This document shows positions 8,729-18,033 of a stretch of DNA of 64,000 bases, one piece after another. Both the position numbers and the translations under genes were made by a program. The DNA is from an uncultured Mycoplasmatota bacterium (lineage in GTDB: Bacteria; Bacillota_I; Bacilli_A; RF39; UBA660). The notes below the pieces were generated by a model. That model was not told where the DNA came from. It was given only the letters and a program-made list of their open reading frames with translations, and searched no databases. Location: the NCBI GenBank assembly GCA_947166445.1, contig CAMVED010000003.1, positions 589 to 64,588 of the forward strand, written 5' to 3'. Positions within the stretch are counted from its first letter, which is position 1, and each line of letters opens with the position of its first letter.

Positions 8729-9853
8729 TTAATATCCAACCCTAACTTCATTAACTGCTTCATGATGTCCAAAACTATTTGATGATCTTTTAATACTGTT
8801 ATCAGTCTTACAAGTAAATGGATTAATACAAATTGAATTTCCACTTGGTAATTCCCAACCTGTTGTAACAGCCGCAAATATTTTTGGAGCAACAAGCAAA
8901 AATAATGCTATTCCAATAACTGCTACAACAGCTGCTATAGCAGTAGAATTATCTTTTTCATCTACTTCTCCAACTGTCCTTATATGGATATTCTTAGTTT
9001 CCCATTTAAGCATTTTTATTCTTAGCCACCAACCATATATACCAAATGTTATTAATGTTAAAAATGCCCATAGTAAATACTTTCCAAATAGATTTAAAGC
9101 TTTACCAGAAAATGCTAATTTCTTCCTATTGATTATTGTATGTCTATTGATCCATCTTAATCTAAAGCATATAGTAAATGGGAATAATAGTCCAAAACTA
9201 AACAAGTTTAATAAATAACATAAAATATTTAAACCTATTAAATGTGATGTTTTACCATCAAAGAAACTTTCACCTTTTATTAAGTTTTCATCTTCAAAAT
9301 GTAAATTCGCAGTTACCCATTGTTGTTTCTTTACTGGTATAAAAAATAAATATATCCCTAGTGTAACAATCGATAAAAAGAACCATTTAAATTTATTAAC
9401 AAATAAGTCCCCACCAGTACCCTCGAATTTAAGTCTCTTTCCATTATAAACAGTATGCTTATATTGATAATTATAAAGCATACATGAAGCCCAAGGACCT
9501 CCAATACCAAGAGTAAAACCTGTAATTAATCCAGCTAAAATACGCCAACCTATAAGTTCTAGTAATCCTCCATCAAAATATGAGTCAGTTCTGACAGGTG
9601 CTTGAGCAACGGCTACTTCTTGGAACTGTGGTTCTGCCTCTTCATACATAGGAGCAGAAACATCAACAGGCTCAAGAACTTCAGTATTACCAGTTACAAC
9701 AGTTTGAGATATTTGATCTGTTTCCATATTACTCACTTCAGGTTGTACTCCATTATTAACCATATCCCCAGATTGCATCCCATTATTTGGAATTTCTATG
9801 TTATTATCATAAGTTGTATTCATCATGTTATCATTATTTTGATTATCATTCAT
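8729..9853 (-). CDS. Multi-pass membrane protein, DUF898 (YjgN)-like, with N/Q/M-rich N-terminal tail
   Basis: FDGGLLELIGWRILAGLITGFTLGIGGPW followed by repeated TM hairpins. The family call is tentative. Confidence 0.55.
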   Translation of the reverse strand: MNDNQNNDNMMNTTYDNNIEIPNNGMQSGDMVNNGVQPEVSNMETDQISQTVVTGNTEVLEPVDVSAPMYEEAEPQFQEVAVAQAPVRTDSYFDGGLLELIGWRILAGLITGFTLGIGGPWASCMLYNYQYKHTVYNGKRLKFEGTGGDLFVNKFKWFFLSIVTLGIYLFFIPVKKQQWVTANLHFEDENLIKGESFFDGKTSHLIGLNILCYLLNLFSFGLLFPFTICFRLRWINRHTIINRKKLAFSGKALNLFGKYLLWAFLTLITFGIYGWWLRIKMLKWETKNIHIRTVGEVDEKDNSTAIAAVVAVIGIALFLLVAPKIFAAVTTGWELPSGNSICINPFTCKTDNSIKRSSNSFGHHEAVNEVRVGY

Positions 9854-9944
9854 AAATACACATCCTTACCTACTAAGCAAACATAGTCTACTTTAATTAC
9901 AGTATAGCATAATTCTATGAATTACAATACAATTTATAAAAAAA

Positions 9945-9974
9945 ATACAAAAAAAAGAGTGTCAAATCACTCTT
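9945..9974 (-). terminator. Rho-independent terminator after the 192-aa gene
   Basis: Hairpin AAGAGTG-ATTTGA-CACTCTT followed by a T-run on the minus strand. It overlaps the stop codon. Confidence 0.7.
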
Positions 9975-10552
9975 TATTTTCTTGTTCTAACCTTTTTATT
10001 ATCATCCCAATATGCATGAACATTTTCCCAATAAGGATAATTTTCATCAGCATAGTCTTGTGCAGCCATTATTAATTCATTAATAGTTTCAAATTGATTT
10101 TCAATTTCTTCTTTAGAAGCATCAAAATCAATAGTAACTCTACCTGCTACAAAAAGTTTTTCATCAGCATTACCGAAATAAATTTCAGTTTCTTTACCTA
10201 TAACTTCTCTTCTTATACCATAACGTTGCCATAATTTCATATGTGCATCCCTATCATAAGTAGATACCCTATAAAACATATCACCTCTTGTAATACCATT
10301 TTCATCGACAACATCATTCCACATAGGTTGATCAGTAGGTTTTATACTCCATCCATCTGGTAAAGTAGCGACACAAAGTACATTATCACCCGGAATATCG
10401 TTAAAAGAAAAGCCTAAGTTTTCCCAGTTTTCTCTACTTGGATGCATATCACGTGGCATCAAAACTCCATCAATAGTTTCAATATTTTGTTTTTTTTCAT
10501 TATTATTTGTAACTAACATAACAATAGTTCCAAAACTTTCATCATCATACAT
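9974..10552 (-). CDS. Hypothetical protein, second gene of a SAM-riboswitch-controlled pair
   Basis: 192-aa ORF with a GGAGGAG RBS. No recognisable motif. Confidence 0.6.
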   Translation of the reverse strand: MYDDESFGTIVMLVTNNNEKKQNIETIDGVLMPRDMHPSRENWENLGFSFNDIPGDNVLCVATLPDGWSIKPTDQPMWNDVVDENGITRGDMFYRVSTYDRDAHMKLWQRYGIRREVIGKETEIYFGNADEKLFVAGRVTIDFDASKEEIENQFETINELIMAAQDYADENYPYWENVHAYWDDNKKVRTRK

Positions 10553-10633
10553 TATGACTCCTCCTTATATATGAAAACTCTATGTGTTAACTATTATATC
10601 ATTAGTAAAAAAGTTGTCAATTTTAAAAAGATT

Positions 10634-10846
10634 TTATTTTCTATTTGCTTCTCGTATTTTTGTATAATGAATTTTTGCTTGAACTATTATAGGTGTCTTC
10701 ATTAAATCACTAAAATCTTCATCATTTAAGTTTACTATCCAATCTATAACATCATATGGATCAGCATTTCCAAAAGGTAAAACCATACATTCCCCTTCCG
10801 GAGTTTTTACTATTTCACGTAATTCCTTTAACATATCTTTTTTCAT
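10634..10846 (-). CDS. Small hypothetical protein, first gene behind the SAM-I riboswitch
   Basis: 70-aa ORF with an AGGAGGA RBS 7 nt upstream of the ATG. Confidence 0.55.
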   Translation of the reverse strand: MKKDMLKELREIVKTPEGECMVLPFGNADPYDVIDWIVNLNDEDFSDLMKTPIIVQAKIHYTKIREANRK

Positions 10847-10884
10847 ATTATCCTCCTTTCTAACATCTTATAAGAAGAATAAAA

Positions 10885-11006
10885 GAAATAAAAAATACCT
10901 AAGAAAACTAGGTATTAGTTATCTTATAGATCTAGCATTACCACCTAACTTAATAGGTTGGTGTGACTTCATTGGGCTAGTCCCTCCATCACTCTTTATA
11001 AGATGT
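10885..11006 (-). promoter_or_regulatory. SAM-I (S-box) riboswitch with terminator expression platform
   Basis: The minus strand reads CATCTTATAAAGAGTGATGGAGGGACTAGCCCAATGAAGTCACACCAACC...GGTGGTAATGCTAGATCTATAAGAT. This matches the S-box core (CTTATCAAGAG..GGAGGGACTGGCCCGATGAA...GCAACC...GGTGCTAA...AGATAAG). It is followed by the hairpin AATACCTAG-TTTTC-TTAGGTATT and a T-run. Confidence 0.8.
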
Positions 11007-11013
11007 TGTATAT

Positions 11014-11022
11014 ATTATAACA
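11014..11022 (-). promoter_or_regulatory. Extended -10 box (TGTTATAAT) upstream of the SAM-I riboswitch
   Basis: The complement of 11014-11022 reads TGTTATAAT, about 8 nt before the P1 stem. Confidence 0.5.
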
Positions 11023-11048
11023 TAAAAATTAAATATTTCCCCAAAAAA

Positions 11049-12611
11049 TTACTCTAAAATTAAATTTTCTATATTAATATCTTTTTTAGTAATTGTTTTA
11101 AGTACTTTCTTTTGTTTTTTGTCCTTTACGTTAGATGCATGTCTTACTACAGTCTTTTCATAAATATTTCTTACAAATCTTGCATTACCAAAATTCTTCA
11201 TATTACGATATTTATCAATTATTTCACGTAAGTAATCTATCGCATCTTCTTCTACTTCGAAGCCTGCTTTTTTAGTCATACCAAGAAATATTTGAATTAA
11301 CTCATCTGTAGTATAATCATCAAAATGAAGAGTATACCCTATCCTTGAGGTTATACCAGAATTTGAATCAAGAAAAGTTTGCATTTCTTTTGTATAACCT
11401 GCGAAAATTACCACTAGCTTGTCTCTATAATTTTCCATGGCTTGAATTAGTGTAGCAATTGCTTCACCATTATAAGAATTATCCCCACGATCTGCTAAAG
11501 CGTACGCTTCATCGATAAATAGTACTCCATTCATTGCCTTTTCGATTACAGACATAGTTTTCGGAGCAGTTTGTCCAACATACTCTGCTACTAAATCTTT
11601 TACTGATACTTCTACTAGTTTATTTTCTTTTACATATTTTAAATTATATAAAATTTCAGAAATCATTCTAGCAATAGTAGTTTTACCAGTACCAGGATTA
11701 CCTAAGAAAACCATATGTAAGTTAATATCTTTTATTTTTAAATCTCCTGCTTTTTCTTTTAATGAGATAACATCTACTAATTCATGAAGAACCTTTTTAA
11801 CTTTTTCAAGACCAACTAATTCATTAAGATCCGCAAATACTTCATCAATAGTTTTTTCTTCTTCAATTTTAGGAACTTCTTTATGAAATGAAATATACTT
11901 AATTAAATCATTTTTATATTCTACATAATCTATATCTTTTTTATATGTAGCAGTAATATAATCAAGTATTTTTACTTTAAAATCATCATCTGCAGATACT
12001 TTTTCTATTACTTCGTTATATATATCTTGTATATCTGGATTAGTACCAACCAAACTAAAATCAAAATAATTATTTTTTAAAGATTCATTTCCTAAAAAGA
12101 AATTACTTATTTCTTCATTTGTACCAGATATAACAGTAATACATTTACTATCTTTATCTAAATATTCTGTTAGATCATGAATAAACTTTTTAGAAGTTTT
12201 ACTCTCTTCAAGATTAATTCCACTTAAATTATTTATAAGAAGAAGTCCTGTATCAGTAATATCTTCAAGTCTATATAAAGATAATTCTTTTTTACCTTTA
12301 TCTATATAATTATAGAAAGACCCTGCAGTAACAAGTATATCAGTTATTTCATCTTCTAAAAGTTTATTATTTGTTTCAAGTATAATCCTAAATGGAATAT
12401 AATTAGTCTCAGTTCCTTCTTCAAAAAGTCTCATATACTCGATTATTCTTTTTATTAATTCTTTAGATTCATCAAGAACATTTAAAGCATTTATTCTATC
12501 AAAAAGAGATGCCATTTCTTCATTTGATGGCATTTCTTCTACTTCTATTTTAGGAATGTTTTCAGTATCAAAAAAGTCTTTGTATATATCTTTTAAATAG
12601 TCTTTATTCAT
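11049..12611 (-). CDS. AAA+ ATPase, SpoVK/CbbX type
   Basis: Walker A GNPGTGKTT and Walker B VLFIDEAYAL, with a long N-terminal non-ATPase region. Confidence 0.8.
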   Translation of the reverse strand: MNKDYLKDIYKDFFDTENIPKIEVEEMPSNEEMASLFDRINALNVLDESKELIKRIIEYMRLFEEGTETNYIPFRIILETNNKLLEDEITDILVTAGSFYNYIDKGKKELSLYRLEDITDTGLLLINNLSGINLEESKTSKKFIHDLTEYLDKDSKCITVISGTNEEISNFFLGNESLKNNYFDFSLVGTNPDIQDIYNEVIEKVSADDDFKVKILDYITATYKKDIDYVEYKNDLIKYISFHKEVPKIEEEKTIDEVFADLNELVGLEKVKKVLHELVDVISLKEKAGDLKIKDINLHMVFLGNPGTGKTTIARMISEILYNLKYVKENKLVEVSVKDLVAEYVGQTAPKTMSVIEKAMNGVLFIDEAYALADRGDNSYNGEAIATLIQAMENYRDKLVVIFAGYTKEMQTFLDSNSGITSRIGYTLHFDDYTTDELIQIFLGMTKKAGFEVEEDAIDYLREIIDKYRNMKNFGNARFVRNIYEKTVVRHASNVKDKKQKKVLKTITKKDINIENLILE

Positions 12612-12618
12612 AAAACCA

Positions 12619-13770
12619 CTACTTTTCTACTTTAATTTCTAACATTTTAGATTTTAATTCTTTTTCAATATCTTCTAAAGTCTTTTCAGCTTCAGCTCTC
12701 TTTATTCTTCCTTCTTCATGAATCTTAATAACTGTATCTAATGTTTCTATTAAATTTTGGTTTGTCTTTTGTAATGTTTCAACATCTACAATAGCTCTTT
12801 CACTTTCTCTAGCTATATCAATAGAACCTTGTTTTAAAGTTTCACTATTCTTTTGTAACATTTCGTTAGTAAGTTTAGATACTTCTTGTTGTGTTTTTAA
12901 AGCACTTTTTGCATTATTTATTCCAAGAGCAAGTACCATTTGGTTCTTCCAAAGTGGAATTGTATTTGTAATAGAACTTTGAATTTTTTCAACTAGTTCT
13001 GCTTCATTATTTTGTAAAAGTCTAATTTGTGGTGCCATTTGAATAGAAATAATTCTAGTAGTTTTTAAATCATATATTTTCTTTTCAAATCTATTAATTA
13101 AAGCTTCCATATCATGAACTTTTTGTACATCTAATTGTTCACCACTTTTTTCTGCAGCTTCTTTTAATTTAGGAAGTTCTTTAGTTCTTAATTCTTCAAG
13201 TTTTCTTTCTCCTGCGATAATATATAAAGATATTTCTTTAAAATATTCAAGATTCTTTTCATACATAGTATCAAAAATAGTAATATCTTTTAACATTTGA
13301 AGTTTATCTTTTTCTAGACCTCCTTCAATAGTATCGATATTCTTTTCAATTTTACTATACTTAGCTACTATAAAATCAAATTCTTTTTTAGCACTTGTAA
13401 ACAACTTAGTAAGAAGTCCCTTCTTAGCACTACCACTTACATCTTTATCAAAAGATTTAATTTGACTGACTAAGTCTGCAAGAAGATCTCCTACTTCACC
13501 TGTATTTTTAGTTTTAACATCTTCCAAAATACTATCAGAAAACTTTGATATTTTTTCTTGAGCTGCAACACCATATTGTAATACTTGAGCAGAATCTGTA
13601 AGATCAATTTTTTTATTAAATTCATCTATTGCTTTTTTTTCTGCTTTAGATAATTCGTCATAGTTAAGTGACTTTTCAATTTGTTTTTCAGTTACTTCTT
13701 TTTCATTAACTAAACTTTCTAATTTTTTTTCATCAACTTTTTGTTCTACTTTTAATTCTAAATTATTCAT
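12619..13770 (-). CDS. telA: TelA-family (toxic anion resistance) protein
   Basis: Coiled, all-helical 383-aa protein with LQYGVAAQEKISKFSD, typical of TelA/YaaN. Confidence 0.8.
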   Translation of the reverse strand: MNNLELKVEQKVDEKKLESLVNEKEVTEKQIEKSLNYDELSKAEKKAIDEFNKKIDLTDSAQVLQYGVAAQEKISKFSDSILEDVKTKNTGEVGDLLADLVSQIKSFDKDVSGSAKKGLLTKLFTSAKKEFDFIVAKYSKIEKNIDTIEGGLEKDKLQMLKDITIFDTMYEKNLEYFKEISLYIIAGERKLEELRTKELPKLKEAAEKSGEQLDVQKVHDMEALINRFEKKIYDLKTTRIISIQMAPQIRLLQNNEAELVEKIQSSITNTIPLWKNQMVLALGINNAKSALKTQQEVSKLTNEMLQKNSETLKQGSIDIARESERAIVDVETLQKTNQNLIETLDTVIKIHEEGRIKRAEAEKTLEDIEKELKSKMLEIKVEK

Positions 13771-13773
13771 ATT

Positions 13774-14985
13774 TTAACTCTCCTTTAAATAATCTATTAA
13801 TTTATTATAAGTGTTCATCTTTAAACTAGAAACTGTACTAGTAATTGACTTAGGAACACCAATACCAAGTCCTGAAACATCATAAGTTCCCCCAGTTACA
13901 CCAGTTCTAAATCCATATTTTTCCCATGCTATTTGACTTATTTCTGGATCATTTATTGCTTTATATACTTTTGCACCATTATCAGAAAATACCATAAAGC
14001 AATGTGAATTCCAAATAGTTGGTGCTGGATAAAGAATTGTAACTTCTTCTTTTACTCTATTAAATGCATCTGGACTAGAGTTTGCAAAATCAATCATACT
14101 CTTTTCATAATCTACAATCATTGGTTCTCCGCCCATACCTGTTTTTAAATATCTTTCAAATAAGTCTGCTGGAGTATTGTTCATATATCCTGATTTAATA
14201 TAAAAATCTTTTAATTTAGGTAAATTCTTTTTAACATTTGTACTATTTACTTGACCTTCACTAAGTACTGATAAAAGAAGTCCATAATATGTAGCACCAG
14301 GTGATGATGATACAGGATCTGTTGATGCTATATTTATAGTACCGTATAAAGATCTAAGTCCAATATCTTTCCATTTTTTACCTTCAAGAATATAATCAAT
14401 TAATTTATTCATATCAGTAATATAGTAAACACCATCATCATTAGTAACAATTTTTTCTTTAATAAGAGCTTCTACTACTTTATCCCAGCTATAAATAACT
14501 ATTGGAGTATTTAAAGTAAGTCCCCCATCAAGAACTGTATATCTATCAGCTTCTCCTGCATCTTTATTTGGAGCAAGTTTATAGTAATCATAAAATCTTT
14601 GATCTGATGTAAATAGTGCATCGTATTTAGTTACTCCTGGAGAATTAATTGAATAAGTTTTACCATTTTCCATACTAGATACTATATCTTGATTACCAAG
14701 ACCTACACTTTCTCTAATAAGTGGTTTAGTAATAGTCTTACCATTACTCCAAGTATCAAATACAACATTTAATTTATATTTTTTTCTTAATATGTTTTTA
14801 ACATCTTTATCGTTTAAGAAATCTTCTTTTCCTCCACCTGTAGCAACATATACTGTAGTAAGCTTACCAATCAAAGGATTTTCCCCATCACTATTAGTAA
14901 AGTTCTTAATGAAAATCATTGCAAGTACTAGTACTACAAATATTATAATACCTACAACCACATTTTTATTCTTCACTTTGATCAC
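13774..14985 (-). CDS. Membrane-anchored extracytoplasmic protein, solute-binding-protein-like
   Basis: N-terminal TM segment VVVGIIIFVVLVLAMIF. The body resembles the N-terminal half of the neighbouring vWA protein. Family not identified. Confidence 0.5.
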   Translation of the reverse strand: MIKVKNKNVVVGIIIFVVLVLAMIFIKNFTNSDGENPLIGKLTTVYVATGGGKEDFLNDKDVKNILRKKYKLNVVFDTWSNGKTITKPLIRESVGLGNQDIVSSMENGKTYSINSPGVTKYDALFTSDQRFYDYYKLAPNKDAGEADRYTVLDGGLTLNTPIVIYSWDKVVEALIKEKIVTNDDGVYYITDMNKLIDYILEGKKWKDIGLRSLYGTINIASTDPVSSSPGATYYGLLLSVLSEGQVNSTNVKKNLPKLKDFYIKSGYMNNTPADLFERYLKTGMGGEPMIVDYEKSMIDFANSSPDAFNRVKEEVTILYPAPTIWNSHCFMVFSDNGAKVYKAINDPEISQIAWEKYGFRTGVTGGTYDVSGLGIGVPKSITSTVSSLKMNTYNKLIDYLKES

Positions 14986-15598
14986 TACCTTTCATAATAA
15001 GATTATCATCCACTATTCCATCTGCTTTTAACATTAAATTATACACTTTCATATCTGCATCTGCATCTATTATATCATTTTGATATAAATTAGATAAAAT
15101 TGTTTCAAAAGCATTATTAGTATCACTAATCATTTTATCAGCTTTAATCATGAAATCTTTTCCTTCAGAAGAGACAAGTTTTTGATTTTCAACTTCATCA
15201 TATTTATTTACTATTTTTATTAAAACTGGTAAATAGTACTCAAAAAAGTTATCAATTTTATTAGCCTTTTTAGGATTACTTTCTACTGTTAAAAGTATTT
15301 TTTCAACAGTATCGTGTATCTCTTTAAGATTCTTTTTAGTTTCAGCAGACTCAACTTTAGGAATTAAACTAAGTATTTCCTTATTCTGTTTCCTTGCTTT
15401 AGTTATTTTCAAATATAAACTTCTATTAGTATCTTTTAATAGTTCTTTTGTCTTAACTCCAGATAAAACTAATTCTGAAGCTCCAAAAGCTGCTGCACCA
15501 ATAGCAAGAGCTGGTGCAAGTGTAATTGATAGTCCTAAGTAAGGAATTGCAAAAAATGTACTCCCTACTACTGCCGATATTATTTCTTTATTCTTCAT
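14966..15598 (-). CDS. XpaC-like (5-bromo-4-chloroindolyl phosphate hydrolysis family) membrane protein
   Basis: Two N-terminal TM helices and a helical C-terminus. Its position next to telA mirrors B. subtilis xpaC-yaaN. TAATG stop/start overlap with the upstream gene. Confidence 0.55.
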   Translation of the reverse strand: MKNKEIISAVVGSTFFAIPYLGLSITLAPALAIGAAAFGASELVLSGVKTKELLKDTNRSLYLKITKARKQNKEILSLIPKVESAETKKNLKEIHDTVEKILLTVESNPKKANKIDNFFEYYLPVLIKIVNKYDEVENQKLVSSEGKDFMIKADKMISDTNNAFETILSNLYQNDIIDADADMKVYNLMLKADGIVDDNLIMKGSDQSEE

Positions 15599-17214
15599 TA
15601 GTTGTAACTCCTTACTTCTGTAAATGCCCTTAGAAGTCCACTTTTACCATCAAATACTTTAGCATTACTAAGTTTTGCTAAATCTTTTAATTGGTAATCA
15701 TCAGAACTACCAAAAGTAATACTGTAAATTGGAACAGTTTCATTATTATTTTTATAATAATTCTCTAAATCATCAAATGAACCACTATTAGAATATCCAT
15801 CAGTCATTAATATTACTGTTTTAGTATATTCATTGTCATTATCTTTCTTTAGAATCTTTAAGGCTTCAATACTTGGATCATATATGTTTGTACCACCCAT
15901 AGCTTCTAAAGAATCTATATCTTTAATTACACTTGAAGTATCATTTCCATATTTAGTATCAAACACTTTATCTACATCACTATTAAATGTAATAACTGTT
16001 ATTTTATCTTTATCAGAAAACTGTAAATTATCTTTACTTGCAGTTTTATAATCAAGTATGTAATTCATAGCATCTTTAAGTTCAGAAAGGCCCCTATTAT
16101 ACATACTACCAGATGTATCTAAGCAAAATACTACATGAGTAGGTTTTCTAAGTGCTTCAATGTATAAATTAATAGCTTCAGTAATAACCTTTTTACTAGG
16201 ATATTTCATATCTTTCAAGTATTTAGTAGTATCAATACCCCAATCAGGATTAAATATTTTTTTATCTGCATCTTTATTAGTACCACCATACCAAGAACGA
16301 TATCCATATTTTTCCATCAAGTTGATTGCTTCATCACTACGTAAATAACTTTGAATCTTAATAAACTTTTCTTTATTTTTAGTATCAGTAGCATCATTAC
16401 TTATATAAGCAAATGGCATATCATTAATAGCAACTCCATCTACTGGATAAACTAAATATAAAGGTTCTTTACCTTTTTTAACTAATGATTGATTAAGTTC
16501 AATTAAAGAACTTTCATAGTTAATCATTGCATCATAATCACCATTTTTAAACATATCTGTAAGATACTCTTCATCACCACTTACACGTTCAACACCCTTA
16601 AAGAATGATTTTAAATCATTTTTTAAAGATTCACTTTTAAGCATATCAGTAGTAAGAACTTCAGGATTACCCGCTAAACTATTTAAGAAACTTAAATAAC
16701 TAGTAGCACCTGTATTAGTCTTAGTAACTGATGCCATAACATATTTTAGTTTTCCGGATTTAATACTTTCAAGTAAATCTTTGTTATATACACGATTACC
16801 TACAAAACCTAATTCTTTAGCTTTACTTTTTGTAATTCCCATAACAACTGGATCAATTACAATAGATTTACTATCAGTAGTCAAATAAGAATTGTTAAGT
16901 TGATATAACCAAATAGAATTAGATATCCAAACAGCATCATAATGACTACTATCAGAATTAAGCATATCAACAATTTCTAAATCACCATAATGTTCAATTT
17001 CGACTTTAATGTGATTCTTCTTACCATATTTAATTATATGATCATCCATCTTCTTAGTAGATGTCGAAGCAATAATACGAAAAACACTATCTTCGCTATA
17101 ATTATCATCAAGAACATTATCACAAGAACAAGATGAAATCATAGAATAAATAACGATAAAAATAATAGTACAAAAAAGCCAATGTTTTTTCAAAAAATCA
17201 TCCACACTATTCAC
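15598..17214 (-). CDS. Secreted or anchored solute-binding-like plus vWA domain protein
   Basis: N-terminal TM or signal segment. MIDAS DTSGSM in VVFCLDTSGSM, plus MTDGYSN. Confidence 0.75.
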   Translation of the reverse strand: MNSVDDFLKKHWLFCTIIFIVIYSMISSCSCDNVLDDNYSEDSVFRIIASTSTKKMDDHIIKYGKKNHIKVEIEHYGDLEIVDMLNSDSSHYDAVWISNSIWLYQLNNSYLTTDSKSIVIDPVVMGITKSKAKELGFVGNRVYNKDLLESIKSGKLKYVMASVTKTNTGATSYLSFLNSLAGNPEVLTTDMLKSESLKNDLKSFFKGVERVSGDEEYLTDMFKNGDYDAMINYESSLIELNQSLVKKGKEPLYLVYPVDGVAINDMPFAYISNDATDTKNKEKFIKIQSYLRSDEAINLMEKYGYRSWYGGTNKDADKKIFNPDWGIDTTKYLKDMKYPSKKVITEAINLYIEALRKPTHVVFCLDTSGSMYNRGLSELKDAMNYILDYKTASKDNLQFSDKDKITVITFNSDVDKVFDTKYGNDTSSVIKDIDSLEAMGGTNIYDPSIEALKILKKDNDNEYTKTVILMTDGYSNSGSFDDLENYYKNNNETVPIYSITFGSSDDYQLKDLAKLSNAKVFDGKSGLLRAFTEVRSYN

Positions 17215-17252
17215 CTCTATCTACTAATAAATATACCATAATTACGCAAAAT

Positions 17253-17283
17253 AAAAAAGAGAAAAACAAATTTTTCTCTTTTT
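17253..17283. terminator. Bidirectional-looking rho-independent terminator
   Basis: Hairpin AGAGAAAAA-CAAA-TTTTTCTCT flanked by A-run and T-run. Confidence 0.6.
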
Positions 17284-17297
17284 AAAAATATAAATAA

Positions 17298-17990
17298 TTA
17301 ACCATTAAAATCTGCAAGATCTACATAAGCAACAGATGTAAGCTTAACATCTCCATTTAAATCCTTATAAATAGTAAGAACATTTATTGAATATATACTT
17401 TCCTTTGTTACAGTTTTAGCAAGTGATAAAACTGCATAATTAGTTCCTGAAACTACTTGATTACCTAAATAAGCAATTGGTGTATATTCTACTCCTACTA
17501 TTGAAGTAGCTTTAGTAAATGCTTCTTTTACATCGTTGCTTAAAGTAGCACTTTTTGTATCTTGATAAATTGTCCATCCTCCCGATAATTGTTCAGTATT
17601 AGTAGGAATATCTTTGCTTACATACTTAGTATAGTCAAAGTCTTTAACTGATGTAACAGATGATTTATTATCTAAATCATTATATACTACTACTATTTTT
17701 AAACCTGTAACAGGATTTGCAGTAACAGTTGTTCCTTTACATAAGAACATATAATTAGTACCTGAAACTACTTGTGTTCCTAAAAGAGCAAGTGGTTCAA
17801 AAGTCATACCAGCATATTCTGCAGTAGCTTTAGTAAATGCTTTAGAAGCATCTTCTGATATATTTACTGCCTTAATATCTGTATTAGCAGTCCAACCTCC
17901 TACTATTTCTCCTTTATTAGGACTAGTTTTTTTGCCACAACCTACCAAACAAAGACACACTATTAAACAAAATATAATTGTTTTTCTCAT
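17298..17990 (-). CDS. Lipoprotein with two tandem cystatin/stefin-like domains
   Basis: Lipobox LVGC. There are two internal repeats, each with GGW...QVVSGTNY (cystatin QxVxG motif; compare stefin QVVAGTNY) and a following beta-hairpin region. Confidence 0.6.
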   Translation of the reverse strand: MRKTIIFCLIVCLCLVGCGKKTSPNKGEIVGGWTANTDIKAVNISEDASKAFTKATAEYAGMTFEPLALLGTQVVSGTNYMFLCKGTTVTANPVTGLKIVVVYNDLDNKSSVTSVKDFDYTKYVSKDIPTNTEQLSGGWTIYQDTKSATLSNDVKEAFTKATSIVGVEYTPIAYLGNQVVSGTNYAVLSLAKTVTKESIYSINVLTIYKDLNGDVKLTSVAYVDLADFNG

Positions 17991-18033
17991 ATTATTACCT
18001 CCAATTACTATTATACAACTTTTACAGACTTTT

